Assembly: GCA_963674965.2 (NCBI GenBank)
Contig: CAXXFL010000002.1
Location: 288,001-352,000 of the forward strand
Direction: 5' to 3'
From: a bacterium
GTDB taxonomy: Bacteria; RBG-13-61-14; DATKZS01
DNA: 64,000 nt
The position numbers and the translations under genes were made by a program. Numbering within the stretch: the stretch's first letter is position 1; the number at the start of each line of letters is the position of its first letter. This document shows positions 1-10,057 of this stretch, piece by piece. Under the pieces are notes generated by a model. The model was not told the origin of the DNA and ran no database searches. It saw only the letters and a program-made list of their open reading frames with translations.

Positions 1-1
1 C

Positions 2-1591
2 CAGGGCGTCGAGTATAAAAGCCCGAGTCTCCTTTCGGCCCCCGTGCCGGAGCTCGAGAAGGGCATGTACGACCTCAAGGTCGTCAACCCCGACGGGTCC
101 GAGGCCTTCCTGTACGACGGCTTCCAGGTGATCGACGACGCGGCTAAAACGCCGATCCAGGCCATGGAAGAGAAGGCCAAGGCCTACGGGGTCGAGGGTG
201 GCGGAGTGGACATGGCCGACAGCGGGGCCGCATTCGCCGACGTGAACCGGGACGGGTACATGGATCTTCTGGTTATCTCGCAGTCCAGCGATTATCTCTT
301 CCTTGGCTCCAAGAGCGGCTCCTTTAAAAGGCTGGAGGCGGAGTCGGGCCTTTTGCAGGGCAAACTGAGCTATGGCGGATACTTCGGGGATTACGACAAC
401 GACGGCCTGCCCGACCTTTTTATCACCGGCCAGCCCGGCCGCCTTTATCACAACGAGGGTGCAGGCAAGTTCAAGGAAGTAACCGAGGCCATGGGCTTCA
501 ACCCGCCCCCCAAGGTCTGGGCGGCGGCGTGGGCCGACTTCGACCGCGACGGCCGGCTGGACATTTTCCTGGGCCATACCAAGGGCGACGATATGCTGTA
601 TAAAAACAAGGGAGACTCCTTCGAGCTGTTCGCGCCCGAGACTTTCCAAAAGGACACGAGCTATGACAATCCTCAGCCGACGGTCTTCTCGGCGGCCTGG
701 GGCGACTACGACAAGGACGGGTTTATCGACCTTTTCGTGGGCATCAGGGGCCAGCCCTCCATCATTTTCAAGAACGAGGGCGGGTCGAGTTTCAAGAGCG
801 TGGCGACCGAGCTCGGCATCGACTTCGTCGTCCAGGAGAGCGCCGGGAACAAGACCTACAAGCCCGACTTCGGCGTGTCCTGGGCCGACTACGACAACGA
901 CGGCTGGCTTGACATATTTTCCGCCTCCGGCATAGGCGGCGCCGATCTTTACAAGAACAGGGAGGGCAAGGGCTTTATCAACGCCACGAGGGGAACTCGG
1001 GTTTCCTTCTCCCAAAGCACCATATCCGAGGGGTGGGGAGACTTTGACAACGACGGATTTCAGGACCTGGCCGTTTCGGACAACCTCACCAACGTCAGGG
1101 TTTACCGGAACGGGGGCGACGGTTCCTTTTTGGACGTCAGCCGGGAACTCGGCATAGCCGATACCAACACGGCGCCCTTCGCCTGCGTCTGGGCGGACGT
1201 GAACGACGATGGGGCGCTTGATCTTTACGTGACCGAGTTTCAGACCGCCAACCGCCTTTACGTGAACAAGGTATATCCGGGCCGTCATTACCTCAAGGTG
1301 AAACTGGAGGGCAAAAAGGACAACTCGACCGCCGTGGGCGCCATGGTGACGGTCCAGGCCGGCGGCCACACCATGACGAGGCAGGTAAGCGGCGGGGAAG
1401 GTTACTCGAGTCAGCCTCCCCCCTGGCTCCATTTCGGGCTGGGAGAGGCGGCCAAGGCCGACAAGGTCACGGTGCTTTGGCCATCGGGAGGAAAAACCAC
1501 GCTCGAGCAAGTCCCGGCCGACCAGACCCTGACCGTAATCCAGGAGGACGCGGACGAGACTTTGGAAGTTCCCCCGGAGAACGAGAAATAA
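2..1591 (+). CDS. FG-GAP repeat / ASPIC-UnbV (CRTAC1-like) protein, 5'-partial
   Basis: Repeated WGDYDNDGxxDLF motifs and a C-terminal GGEGYSSQ..LHFGLG..V.WPSG signature. The frame is open from the window edge. Confidence 0.85.
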   Translation, partial: QGVEYKSPSLLSAPVPELEKGMYDLKVVNPDGSEAFLYDGFQVIDDAAKTPIQAMEEKAKAYGVEGGGVDMADSGAAFADVNRDGYMDLLVISQSSDYLFLGSKSGSFKRLEAESGLLQGKLSYGGYFGDYDNDGLPDLFITGQPGRLYHNEGAGKFKEVTEAMGFNPPPKVWAAAWADFDRDGRLDIFLGHTKGDDMLYKNKGDSFELFAPETFQKDTSYDNPQPTVFSAAWGDYDKDGFIDLFVGIRGQPSIIFKNEGGSSFKSVATELGIDFVVQESAGNKTYKPDFGVSWADYDNDGWLDIFSASGIGGADLYKNREGKGFINATRGTRVSFSQSTISEGWGDFDNDGFQDLAVSDNLTNVRVYRNGGDGSFLDVSRELGIADTNTAPFACVWADVNDDGALDLYVTEFQTANRLYVNKVYPGRHYLKVKLEGKKDNSTAVGAMVTVQAGGHTMTRQVSGGEGYSSQPPPWLHFGLGEAAKADKVTVLWPSGGKTTLEQVPADQTLTVIQEDADETLEVPPENEK

Positions 1592-1657
1592 TCGACCATG
1601 AATAATACGCGCCAAACGCGGGACGAGTGAAATCGGACTTTTCAGGGAGATGACCGG

Positions 1658-1942
1658 ATGCATAAATGCGCCTTTTGCGGAACCGAGCTCGATATCGCCG
1701 ACAAGGTGATGAGGTCCGACGTCTGTCCCCAATGCGGGCGGGACCTTCGCGCCTGCGTCCAGTGCCGCTTTTACGACCCCGGCTATCACAACCAGTGCCG
1801 CGAGACGCGCTCGGAGACGGTGAGGGACAGGGACAAGGCCAATCTTTGCGGTTATTTCGAGATGAAAAAAGGCGGCAAAAAAGCGGGAGAAGACGCGGCG
1901 GAAAAGGCCCGGGCCGAGCTTGAAAAGTTATTCAAAAAGTAA
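1658..1942 (+). CDS. Small Cys-rich (zinc-ribbon) hypothetical protein
   Basis: CxxC motifs (CAFC, CPQC, CVQC) and GGGAG RBS. Confidence 0.75.
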   Translation: MHKCAFCGTELDIADKVMRSDVCPQCGRDLRACVQCRFYDPGYHNQCRETRSETVRDRDKANLCGYFEMKKGGKKAGEDAAEKARAELEKLFKK

Positions 1943-2096
1943 TAATTAGGGACCGGGTGCAAGGGCCGCCGACGCTTTCGCCGAGACCCTGGCGAAGCTC
2001 TCGGGTTCACTTGACAAGATTTTAGCCGGCGTGCTAAATTGACGAGACTCAGGCGAGAGACAATGTAGAAGTTCGGTACTTTCCAAGGAGGAGAAG

Positions 2097-3143
2097 ATGA
2101 AGGGAACGTGGAAACTTGCGGCGTTTATTTCGGCCGCGATTTTATCGGTCGGTATATCGTCCTGCATTACGGACAACAGCGACGACGCCTTCAGGCTGGC
2201 GGCCCGCACCGTGGAGTGGCTCGCCCGTCAGATCGACGCCCAGCTTGGCGAGGTGGTGGTGGACGACGCAACTCCGCTTTGCGACCCGGGCGGGGTAAAC
2301 GCGGGCGCGAACCTTGGCGATCACTGCAAGAACCAGTTGAAGGGCAGCCTTGGTCCAGGCACGGTAACCGACTACGTTAGGGTGGTTAACGAGGAAGTCC
2401 TTTTTGGCAACACTCCCTTTTTCGAGAAAGGCTTCGTGCCCCAGGGTAACCCCTGCACCATAGACGAAAACGGCAACGACCTTCTCGACTACGCCGAGTT
2501 TTCGGCCAACTGCGGCGCCGGCTCCTTGAGTTGTCAGACCCTGGACGACAACAAGTGGCGGCTCACCTATAATAACTGCGAGTGGGACGACGGGGGCGAA
2601 ACCTGGGAGTTGGACGGCGGGGTTGATATCACCGTCTACCTGACCAACGAGGACGAGCAGGTCGTTTCCATGGACTATAACGACTTCTCCGGCGTTATCG
2701 TTTCCTCCAACGACGAGTACTTCGTGGTCAACGGCGCGATGTCGAGCTACCTGGTCCTCAATCCCTTCACCGGCGAGGGCGCGGAGGGAACGACCGGCTG
2801 CGGCCTTGACGGAATGATGGTCGGCGACATATCCGTCCAGGTGGACTCCGACGGGCTCGGCGCGACGGTGGGCGAGGTAAGCTACGACCTGTTCATCGCC
2901 AAGGACAACGAGGACGGGTTCGTCTTCCTGTCCGGATCGAGCAACGCGACCTGGGTAAGCCAGATAATGGGCGACGACAACCCCGTGTTCTTCTACAAGG
3001 GGAAGCCCTATAACAACCTGATAGCCAGCGGATGCGACGTAACGCTCAACGTGGATATGGCCAACCGCCTGTACGACATGACCGTCAATACGCCCGGCAA
3101 CTGCCCGAGCAATATCGTTGACGGCGTGAACCTGTCCTGGTAA
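2097..3143 (+). CDS. Acidic hypothetical lipoprotein
   Basis: Signal peptide ending ISSC, AAGGAGG RBS, downstream hairpin. Confidence 0.75.
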   Translation: MKGTWKLAAFISAAILSVGISSCITDNSDDAFRLAARTVEWLARQIDAQLGEVVVDDATPLCDPGGVNAGANLGDHCKNQLKGSLGPGTVTDYVRVVNEEVLFGNTPFFEKGFVPQGNPCTIDENGNDLLDYAEFSANCGAGSLSCQTLDDNKWRLTYNNCEWDDGGETWELDGGVDITVYLTNEDEQVVSMDYNDFSGVIVSSNDEYFVVNGAMSSYLVLNPFTGEGAEGTTGCGLDGMMVGDISVQVDSDGLGATVGEVSYDLFIAKDNEDGFVFLSGSSNATWVSQIMGDDNPVFFYKGKPYNNLIASGCDVTLNVDMANRLYDMTVNTPGNCPSNIVDGVNLSW

Positions 3144-3166
3144 TTACAATCTCGCGACGGGATGAG

Positions 3167-3210
3167 CCGAGGGGAGAAGCGATTTTCGTTTCTCCCCTTG
3201 ACGCTTTTTA
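3167..3210 (+). terminator. Intrinsic terminator
   Basis: GAGGGGAGAAGCG..CGTTTCTCCCCTT stem followed by a T-rich tail. Confidence 0.55.
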
Positions 3211-3283
3211 GGGAAAAGGCGCCGATAAGGTTTCCTTATTAATTCGGATTGACCTTGCCCGCGACCGGAGTTATTATTTGACC

Positions 3284-3451
3284 ATGTCCAGGGAAGAGAT
3301 CAAATGCGAAAGGTGCGGCGGAGCGCTTGACGAGGAAACGGGCCTTTGCCCCGATTGCGACGAGCCCGCCCCCAGGTGGATGGTATACCTGGTTTACGCC
3401 CTGGCGGCCATGTTCGTCCTGGGTCTTTTATACCGTCTCATCTGGCCCTGA
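3284..3451 (+). CDS. 55-aa zinc-ribbon membrane protein (not in ORF track)
   Basis: Translates MSREEIKCERCGGALDEETGLCPDCDEPAPRWMVYLVYALAAMFVLGLLYRLIWP: two CxxC motifs and one TM helix. Confidence 0.65.
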   Translation: MSREEIKCERCGGALDEETGLCPDCDEPAPRWMVYLVYALAAMFVLGLLYRLIWP

Positions 3452-3507
3452 TCCGGCCGGCGGCTTCATGCTCCCAATGTTCGTATAAAAAGCCGAAGAG
3501 GTTATTA

Positions 3508-4125
3508 ATGGCCAACGTCGATTTATACCTTGACAAGGTGGACCTGGGAAAGTATTGCGACGAAAAGTGCCGCGAGTCCTGCGGCATTGAAAACCTCGAG
3601 GAACTGGCCGAGCGAATAAGGAAGGGAGAATTGGACAATGAGTCCTGCCTCCACTGGACCCCGCGAAGGCTCGAGGCCTTCAGGATTGCCGTCTCGGCGG
3701 AAGACATCGTGCCGCCCGTTCCCATGCTCGATATGCCAAGGCCGGTCGAGACGGGCATGCTCGAGATGAACGGCCCCGTCAAGGACTCTCCGGTGCTAAT
3801 AACGGGCAACTCCGAGTTCACCCAGTCGGTCATGCTGGTTATCGTCAGTTTGACCACGAGTCCCCTCCGGCTTCTCACCGTGGACTGCAAGGGCCACACC
3901 GTGGACATGGCCATTATCTTCAAGGAGTTCCGGCCCGACGTCATCGCCCGGGCCCTCGTGGAAAACGGCGCGTCGCCCAGTCCAAACACCCGCGTCATCC
4001 TGCCGGGACTGGCCGAGTCCATCGCCCCCGACCTGGAAAAGGAATACGGCGGACCCGTCGAGATAGGGCCGGTGTGCGCCGCCGAGCTTCCCCTTTACCT
4101 GGGCGACTACTGGGTCCCGGCTTGA
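3508..4125 (+). CDS. Fe-S domain plus corrinoid-binding (CdhD/AcsC C-terminal-like) protein
   Basis: N-terminal C..C..CG..C cluster motif. PVLITGN, VILPGLA and VEIGPVCAAELPLYL match the CFeSP/HgcA cobalamin-binding domain. Confidence 0.7.
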   Translation: MANVDLYLDKVDLGKYCDEKCRESCGIENLEELAERIRKGELDNESCLHWTPRRLEAFRIAVSAEDIVPPVPMLDMPRPVETGMLEMNGPVKDSPVLITGNSEFTQSVMLVIVSLTTSPLRLLTVDCKGHTVDMAIIFKEFRPDVIARALVENGASPSPNTRVILPGLAESIAPDLEKEYGGPVEIGPVCAAELPLYLGDYWVPA

Positions 4126-4143
4126 CGAATCCAAAACGTCCGG

Positions 4144-5823
4144 TTACTCCTCGCTTGCCGGGTCTTCTTTTACGCTTCCCTTGAAAATAAAACCGGCCGC
4201 CTCGGCCGCTATCCAGACGGACAGGACCATAAGTATGAAGCTTATGATTACCAGGAGCCATTCGCCGGCTTTATAGAAGTTGATCAGGTTAAGGACCGTG
4301 GCCCAAAAGGTGATAACGAACATAAGCAGCATGGGGACCGCCGTGTAGATAATGCTCTTTCCCTTTTTAGCCAGATAGACCGTTACCACCAGAAGGCCCA
4401 GGGCGGCCAGGAGTTGGTTGCTGGCGCCGAAGAGCTTCCATAAAATGAGCCCTCCCTTGCCTCCCTCCTGGGCCATGGCCAGGGCGGCGGCGGAAAGCAC
4501 CGCCAGCATGGTGGGCGGATGAACGCCCGTCAGTGGCTTTAGCTTCACGGCCCCGGCGAACTCCCCGATCACGTATCTTTGCAGCCTGGTGGCGGTGTCA
4601 AGGGTGGTGCCGGCGAATGAGGCGATGAAGACTCCCATGATGGGGACGCTGAACTTGGGGGGTATTCCCAGTGAGGCGAGCATGTTGGAGGAACCGGTCA
4701 CGAAGGCCCCCAATTTAGCGGCCAGCCCCGAGGCGGCCGACCAGTTGGAGTAATGGCTGGTCCAGGCCTGGGCGTCCCCGATGCCGGCGGACACGGCTAT
4801 TAGCACGAGCACGGCCAGGGCCCCCTCCAACAACATGCCGCCGTAGCCGATCGAGAGGGCGTGGCTCTCGCGGTCGAGCTGCTTGGACGTGGTGCCCGAT
4901 CCCACCAGGGAATGGAAGCCCGAGATGGCGCCGCAGGCTATGGTGATGAATAAAAAGGGAAGCATGGGAGGCGCGCCCTCCGGGGATGCGTTTAAAGCGG
5001 GGGCTGAAATGACCGGATGAAGCAGGACGGCCCCCAGCGCAAGCAGCGCCAGGATCACGTAAAGCTCGTGGCCGTTTATATAGTCGCGCGGCTGGAGAAG
5101 GCGCCACACCGGCAGCACCGAGGCCGCGTAGGCGTACGCGAGCAGGATGATTACCCATAAGGTGAGAGGCTGGAGACCCAGGACGGGCCCTAGCTCGACG
5201 GGAAAATAAACCCCCACCCCGATGAACAGATAAAGCAGCGCCAGGGCGACAAGACTCATGGGAAGAGGGGGAAGCCCTTTTTTGTATATGGCCCATCCCA
5301 GCGCCATGGCGATGGGTATCTCCGACCATATGGGGATCACCGACTGCGGATATAGGTTGAAGAGGATGGCGATGATCATGGCGAAGATGGCGATCACGAT
5401 GAGAAGCAAAAGAGCGATCACCGCCAGGAATATCAGCCTCACCCTCGGGTTGATCACCTCGCCCGCCAGGTCGCCGATGGACTGGCCCTTGTGGCGGGCC
5501 GATACGATGATGGCCCCCAAGTCGTGGACCGCCCCCATGAAGATGGCGCCCAGGAACACCCATAGAAACGCCGGGACCCAGCCCCAGATAATGCCGATGG
5601 CCGGACCCACGATCGGGCCGGTGCCGGCGATCGAGGTGTAGTGGTGGCCGAAAAGGACGGGCTTGTCCGCCGGCATGAAGTCAACGTCGTCCCGCCGCTC
5701 GTGGGCCGGGGTCTCCCGGGAGTCGTCCAGATTGAATACGCGACGGCTGAGGAAGCGGCCGTAAAAACGGTAGGCGAGAAGGTAACCTATAAAGGCCAGG
5801 GCCGCGAGAAAAAGTGAGTTCAT
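4144..5823 (-). CDS. cstA: Carbon starvation protein A (peptide/pyruvate transporter family)
   Basis: LFGHHYTSIAGTGPIVGP and FITIACGAISGFHSL motifs; many TM helices. Confidence 0.93.
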   Translation of the reverse strand: MNSLFLAALAFIGYLLAYRFYGRFLSRRVFNLDDSRETPAHERRDDVDFMPADKPVLFGHHYTSIAGTGPIVGPAIGIIWGWVPAFLWVFLGAIFMGAVHDLGAIIVSARHKGQSIGDLAGEVINPRVRLIFLAVIALLLLIVIAIFAMIIAILFNLYPQSVIPIWSEIPIAMALGWAIYKKGLPPLPMSLVALALLYLFIGVGVYFPVELGPVLGLQPLTLWVIILLAYAYAASVLPVWRLLQPRDYINGHELYVILALLALGAVLLHPVISAPALNASPEGAPPMLPFLFITIACGAISGFHSLVGSGTTSKQLDRESHALSIGYGGMLLEGALAVLVLIAVSAGIGDAQAWTSHYSNWSAASGLAAKLGAFVTGSSNMLASLGIPPKFSVPIMGVFIASFAGTTLDTATRLQRYVIGEFAGAVKLKPLTGVHPPTMLAVLSAAALAMAQEGGKGGLILWKLFGASNQLLAALGLLVVTVYLAKKGKSIIYTAVPMLLMFVITFWATVLNLINFYKAGEWLLVIISFILMVLSVWIAAEAAGFIFKGSVKEDPASEE

Positions 5824-6007
5824 ATTTCCCCCCCAAAATTCACAAGTCCAGTTTGCATCATCGCGGGCAAAATTTCTACCCCGCGAGATTTGCGATACCA
5901 CGCCGATCGGGGGGACGATGAAGGAAGCGCGGGAAATAACCCGTATTAACGTTGACATATGAAGGCGCGGCGTCTAGGATAATCTGGCCCGCCTCGGGCG
6001 TGGGGAC

Positions 6008-7753
6008 ATGCTGGGAGGAAAGATGACCAAACCTGAAATAGTCGAGGCCTTGAAGCCGCTTTTTTATCCCGGGTCGGTGGCCGTGATCGGGGCGACCAAC
6101 AACCTGACCAAGTGGGGCTTCTCCACTTTATCGAGCCTTCTTGGCAACTTCCAGGGAGACCTGTTCGCGGTCAACAACCGGGACCCCATGGTGCTCGAGC
6201 GAAAGGCGTATCCGAGCGTGAAGGATATTCCCGCTCCCGTGGACCTGGCCGTGATCGTCATCCCGGCCGAGCGCGTGTCCGGCGTGATGCGGGAATGCGC
6301 CGAGAAGGGGGTCAAGGCCGCGGTCGTCATCAGCGCCGGTTTCGTCGAGACGGGCCCGGCGGGCAAGGCCATGCAGGACGAGGTCATGGCCGTCGCCGAC
6401 GCGGCCGGGATCAAGGTGGTTGGTCCCAACTGCATGGGCATGTACAGCGCCCCCCACAACCTGACGGCCTTCATGTTTCCCCTTCCCATCATGGCCGGTC
6501 CCCTGGCTCTTATCTCGCAGGGTGGAAACGTGGGCGGGGCCCTGGTGATGGACGCCGTTACCAGGGGCGTGGGTTTCCAGCAATACGTTAGCTGCGGCGC
6601 GGCGGCGGGGGTCAAGATCGAGGACTACGTCGAGTACGTTGGTCACGACGACCTGGTGAAGGTGGTGATGGTTTACATCGAGGGGCTGGAGGACGGGCCC
6701 CGCTTCATCGAGAAGGTAAGGGAGGTCTCGCGAAAAAAGCCGGTGATCGTGCTCAAGCCGGGCAGGACCGAGGCGGCGGCCCGCGCCATCAGTTCTCACT
6801 CGGGGGCCCTTTCCGGTTCGGACTCGATCTACGACGCGGCCTTCAAGAAGGCGGGCGCCATCCGGGTGGAAACCAGCATCGAGATGCTCGACCTGGCCAT
6901 CGGCCTGCTCAGCCAGCCCCTTCCCAAGGGAAGGAGGGTCGTCATCACCACGCCGGGCGGAAGTTACGGGGTCATGTGCGCCGACGCCTGCGCCTCGCGG
7001 GGCCTCGAGGTCATCGATCTGCCCCGCCGGGCCATGGACGAGTTCAACCGCATGTTCCCGCCCAGGTGGAGCCATGGCAATCCCGTGGACCCGGCGGGCG
7101 ACCGCAACTTCGCTCCCTATTTGAGGGCCCCCGAGATTATCCTCGAGAGCGATGAGGTGGACTCCCTTATCTTCATGGGGTTCGGCTCCTTTTCAGGGAT
7201 AGGGGGCATGATCGCATCCTCGGGAGACGCGTTCTCCAAGGGCCTCGAGAAACTAAACCAGGGCCTTGCGGGCGTCTCGGCCATGGCCTCGTCCATGCTC
7301 GAGGTGCTCGAGTCGGGAGACAACGAAAAAATAAAGCAAATAATCAAGATGGCCCTCCGCATGACCTTTGGGTCGGTCATGGCCTCCGACGGGAACGAGA
7401 TCGAGCGGCTGTCCGATACCGTGGCCGAGGCCCTGACCACTGACGCCATGCTGGCCGGGTCGTTTTTCCAGGGACTCAAACGCCTTTTCGAGTCGGCGGC
7501 CTCGGGCAAACTGGACGCCTCCGGCTTTTCCTCCATCATGGGCATGATGGAGCCCATGCTCGACGCCCTTATCTACTACTGGATCGGCAAATACGAAAAG
7601 CCCGTAATTACGACGACCTTCACGGAGGAGACCTCGGTCGTCCGGGAAGGTGGGCATTTTCCCTACCCGAACGCGGAGAGGGCCGCCTCGGTCCTGGCCC
7701 GGCTGGTGGAATACCGGGAGTTCCTCGAGTCGGCCGAGGAGGAGGAAAAATGA
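6008..7753 (+). CDS. Acyl-CoA ligase (ADP-forming) alpha-type subunit, CoA-binding
   Basis: SVAVIGAT, VGPNCMG, SHSGALSG (phospho-His) and NPVD motifs; no ATP-grasp domain. Confidence 0.85.
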   Translation: MLGGKMTKPEIVEALKPLFYPGSVAVIGATNNLTKWGFSTLSSLLGNFQGDLFAVNNRDPMVLERKAYPSVKDIPAPVDLAVIVIPAERVSGVMRECAEKGVKAAVVISAGFVETGPAGKAMQDEVMAVADAAGIKVVGPNCMGMYSAPHNLTAFMFPLPIMAGPLALISQGGNVGGALVMDAVTRGVGFQQYVSCGAAAGVKIEDYVEYVGHDDLVKVVMVYIEGLEDGPRFIEKVREVSRKKPVIVLKPGRTEAAARAISSHSGALSGSDSIYDAAFKKAGAIRVETSIEMLDLAIGLLSQPLPKGRRVVITTPGGSYGVMCADACASRGLEVIDLPRRAMDEFNRMFPPRWSHGNPVDPAGDRNFAPYLRAPEIILESDEVDSLIFMGFGSFSGIGGMIASSGDAFSKGLEKLNQGLAGVSAMASSMLEVLESGDNEKIKQIIKMALRMTFGSVMASDGNEIERLSDTVAEALTTDAMLAGSFFQGLKRLFESAASGKLDASGFSSIMGMMEPMLDALIYYWIGKYEKPVITTTFTEETSVVREGGHFPYPNAERAASVLARLVEYREFLESAEEEEK

Positions 7754-7938
7754 CCGGACTTGTCATTTGGCAAATTTTATGCTGATAATAACCGATCAAT
7801 TATTTCCGGCGTGGGCCCGGACGCGCGGGGGGAAAAGACGCATCCCGAAAGGATACGATTAAGTTCCTAACAGGGTTTACAGGGACCGGGTCCGCCATGT
7901 ATCTTTTTTAATGAGGGAAACGATCTAGGAGGAGGAAA

Positions 7939-9009
7939 ATGAAGAAGGTATTTTTATTGGCTATTCTTTTCGCGGCTTTGGTGGGAACGGCCGCCCAGGC
8001 TCGCGAGAGGCACGACAGCATAGTGTTCGTGGTGGACATCTCCGGCACGGTCAGCGAGAACGGCCAGGTACCCGTGTCCCGAGACGTCATCCGTTCCATG
8101 AACGCGAAGTTCCCGGACTACGTCAAGGACGCCGCCATCATGACTTTTGGCGACCTCGAGTACCCCCAGATGGAGTACGTGCTTCCGGCCTCGGATTGGG
8201 ACCGGGAAGGGCTCGACAACAACATCGGATACATCAAGGAAGGCGAGGGCTCGACGCCCCTCGGCACCGCGGTGGACGGGTCCGACGAGGGAGTGACCAA
8301 GGCCGAGGGCAAGACGGCACTGGTAATCATCACGGACGGCAAAGACAACGGCGCTCCCGACCCGGTGACCAGGGTCGAGATGCTCAAGAAAAAGCATTGC
8401 GATAACGTCTGCGTTTTCACCATCCAGCACGGCGACGACCCCGAGGCCGCGGCCCTACTCGAGGCCATGGTCAAGGCGGGAAAGTGCGGCATTACCACCA
8501 TGGCCGCCGACCTTCGGGCCTCGGACCAGAACGTCCAGGACCTGGTGGACTACATCTTCCCGAGCGACGGACCGCCCCCCTACGTGTGCGTGGACGACGA
8601 CGAGGACGGCGTGTGCGCCGAGAACGACGAGTGTCCCAATACCCTGAAGGGGGCCAAGGTCGACAACCGGGGATGCTGGGTGCTTCAGAACGTTCACTTC
8701 GACGTGGACAAGTATGACGTCAAGCCCAAGTATTTCGACGAGCTCGACCAAGTGGTGACCGTGCTCAAGTCCAACCCCGGCGTCAAGGTCAGGATCGAGG
8801 GACATACCGACGCCGACGGGTCGGACGAATACAACCAGACCCTTTCCGACAACCGGGCCAACGCCATCTATGACTACTTTATCTCCAAGGGAGTCCAAAG
8901 GGACAGGCTCTCGGCCAAGGGCTACGGAGAGTCAAGGCCCATCGCCTCGAACGACACCGACTCGGGCAAGGCCCTCAACAGAAGGATCGAGCTTACCGTC
9001 CTCAAGTGA
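7939..9009 (+). CDS. Secreted VWA plus OmpA-family peptidoglycan-binding protein
   Basis: DISGT/TDG MIDAS-like motifs; IEGHTD..YNQTLS..RA and NRRIE OmpA motifs. Confidence 0.9.
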   Translation: MKKVFLLAILFAALVGTAAQARERHDSIVFVVDISGTVSENGQVPVSRDVIRSMNAKFPDYVKDAAIMTFGDLEYPQMEYVLPASDWDREGLDNNIGYIKEGEGSTPLGTAVDGSDEGVTKAEGKTALVIITDGKDNGAPDPVTRVEMLKKKHCDNVCVFTIQHGDDPEAAALLEAMVKAGKCGITTMAADLRASDQNVQDLVDYIFPSDGPPPYVCVDDDEDGVCAENDECPNTLKGAKVDNRGCWVLQNVHFDVDKYDVKPKYFDELDQVVTVLKSNPGVKVRIEGHTDADGSDEYNQTLSDNRANAIYDYFISKGVQRDRLSAKGYGESRPIASNDTDSGKALNRRIELTVLK

Positions 9010-9032
9010 TAAGACCGATCGATTGAAGATGA

Positions 9033-9071
9033 CGCCGCCGCTTTCCGTCATGGGAGGCGGCGGTTTCTTTT
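9033..9071 (+). terminator. Intrinsic terminator
   Basis: GCCGCCGCTTTCC..GGGAGGCGGCGGT stem followed by TTCTTTT. Confidence 0.6.
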
Positions 9072-9313
9072 GCCAAGCCAAGCGGGCCGACCAGGCGCGC
9101 GAAAGATGCAGGCGTCGCCCCGGCGGGGGGGAAGACGATCCGAATCGAGCGGGTTCTAGGCGACGCGGGGTCCGAAGAAAAGGCGGGAAGCGAGCGGCGC
9201 GAGCGAACCCGACGTGGAATATGGAAGCGGAAGAATATCACGCGTGAGAAAAATAAGCGGCACAATGAAACGGAATAGCCCCCTTTTGGACGGCGCCGGT
9301 TTTGAAAAATCGA

Positions 9314-10024
9314 TTACCTCGCGACCACCACGGAGGCGGGGCGCAGGAGGCGGTCCTTTTTTCTGAAGCCGGGACGGACCTCCTCGAGGATGGAACCCTC
9401 GGGAACGCCGGCCGCGGGAACGGCGGCTATGGCTTCATGGTATCGGGGATCGAAGGTCTCGCCCACGGTGGGTACGCGCTCGACGCCGTGTTTCTCGAGC
9501 ACCCCTAAAAGCTGCTTGTAAACCATCTCGACGCCCCCGACCACCCCGTCGTTGGCGCCCGAGTCCCTGGCCGCCTGCACCGCCTTTTCCATGTACTCGA
9601 CGATGGGGAAAACGTCGTCCAGCACGAACTCCTTGCCCAGGGCCGTGAGGCGCGCTCGCTCCGACTCGGCGTGGCGCTTATGATTCTCGAAGTCGGCCTG
9701 GAGCCGGATATACATGTCCTTCCAGTCCCGGCCGTCGGAATCGGACGCGCCCTGGTCGCCGGCCTCGGGACCGCCCCCGGCGCTCTCGGTTTTTTCCTCG
9801 GCGGTAAGGGCTTCAGTTTCCCGGTCCGCTTCGAGGCGCTCTTCCCTGTCTTCTTCCGGTTCGGTTTCCAGGTAGTGTTTTGCCCGATCCATAACGTCAC
9901 CTTCGTTCCTGTAGATTTGGCGGAAGGGGCCGCCGTATCCTCCGTACTCGCGCCCGTAGTAGGGCCGGGAGTATTCTTCGCGGTCCGTTCCGTTTTCGCT
10001 TATGACTCTTACGGGAATCCTCAT
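9314..10024 (-). CDS. grpE: Nucleotide exchange factor GrpE (alternative start at 9892)
   Basis: RLQADFEN, FDPRYHEA and RLLRPASVVV motifs. Confidence 0.92.
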   Translation of the reverse strand: MRIPVRVISENGTDREEYSRPYYGREYGGYGGPFRQIYRNEGDVMDRAKHYLETEPEEDREERLEADRETEALTAEEKTESAGGGPEAGDQGASDSDGRDWKDMYIRLQADFENHKRHAESERARLTALGKEFVLDDVFPIVEYMEKAVQAARDSGANDGVVGGVEMVYKQLLGVLEKHGVERVPTVGETFDPRYHEAIAAVPAAGVPEGSILEEVRPGFRKKDRLLRPASVVVAR

Positions 10025-10057
10025 TTATTATTCCTTTCCGCCTCGCGGCGGCCGTCG

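Noticed and set aside
2021-2038. CIRCE-like TTAGC..GTGCTAA
   Set aside because: Wrong spacing and sequence for CIRCE, and not upstream of a chaperone gene.
3508-4125. hgcA mercury methylase
   Set aside because: Lacks the N(V/I)WCA(A/G)GK motif, the TM domain and an adjacent hgcB.
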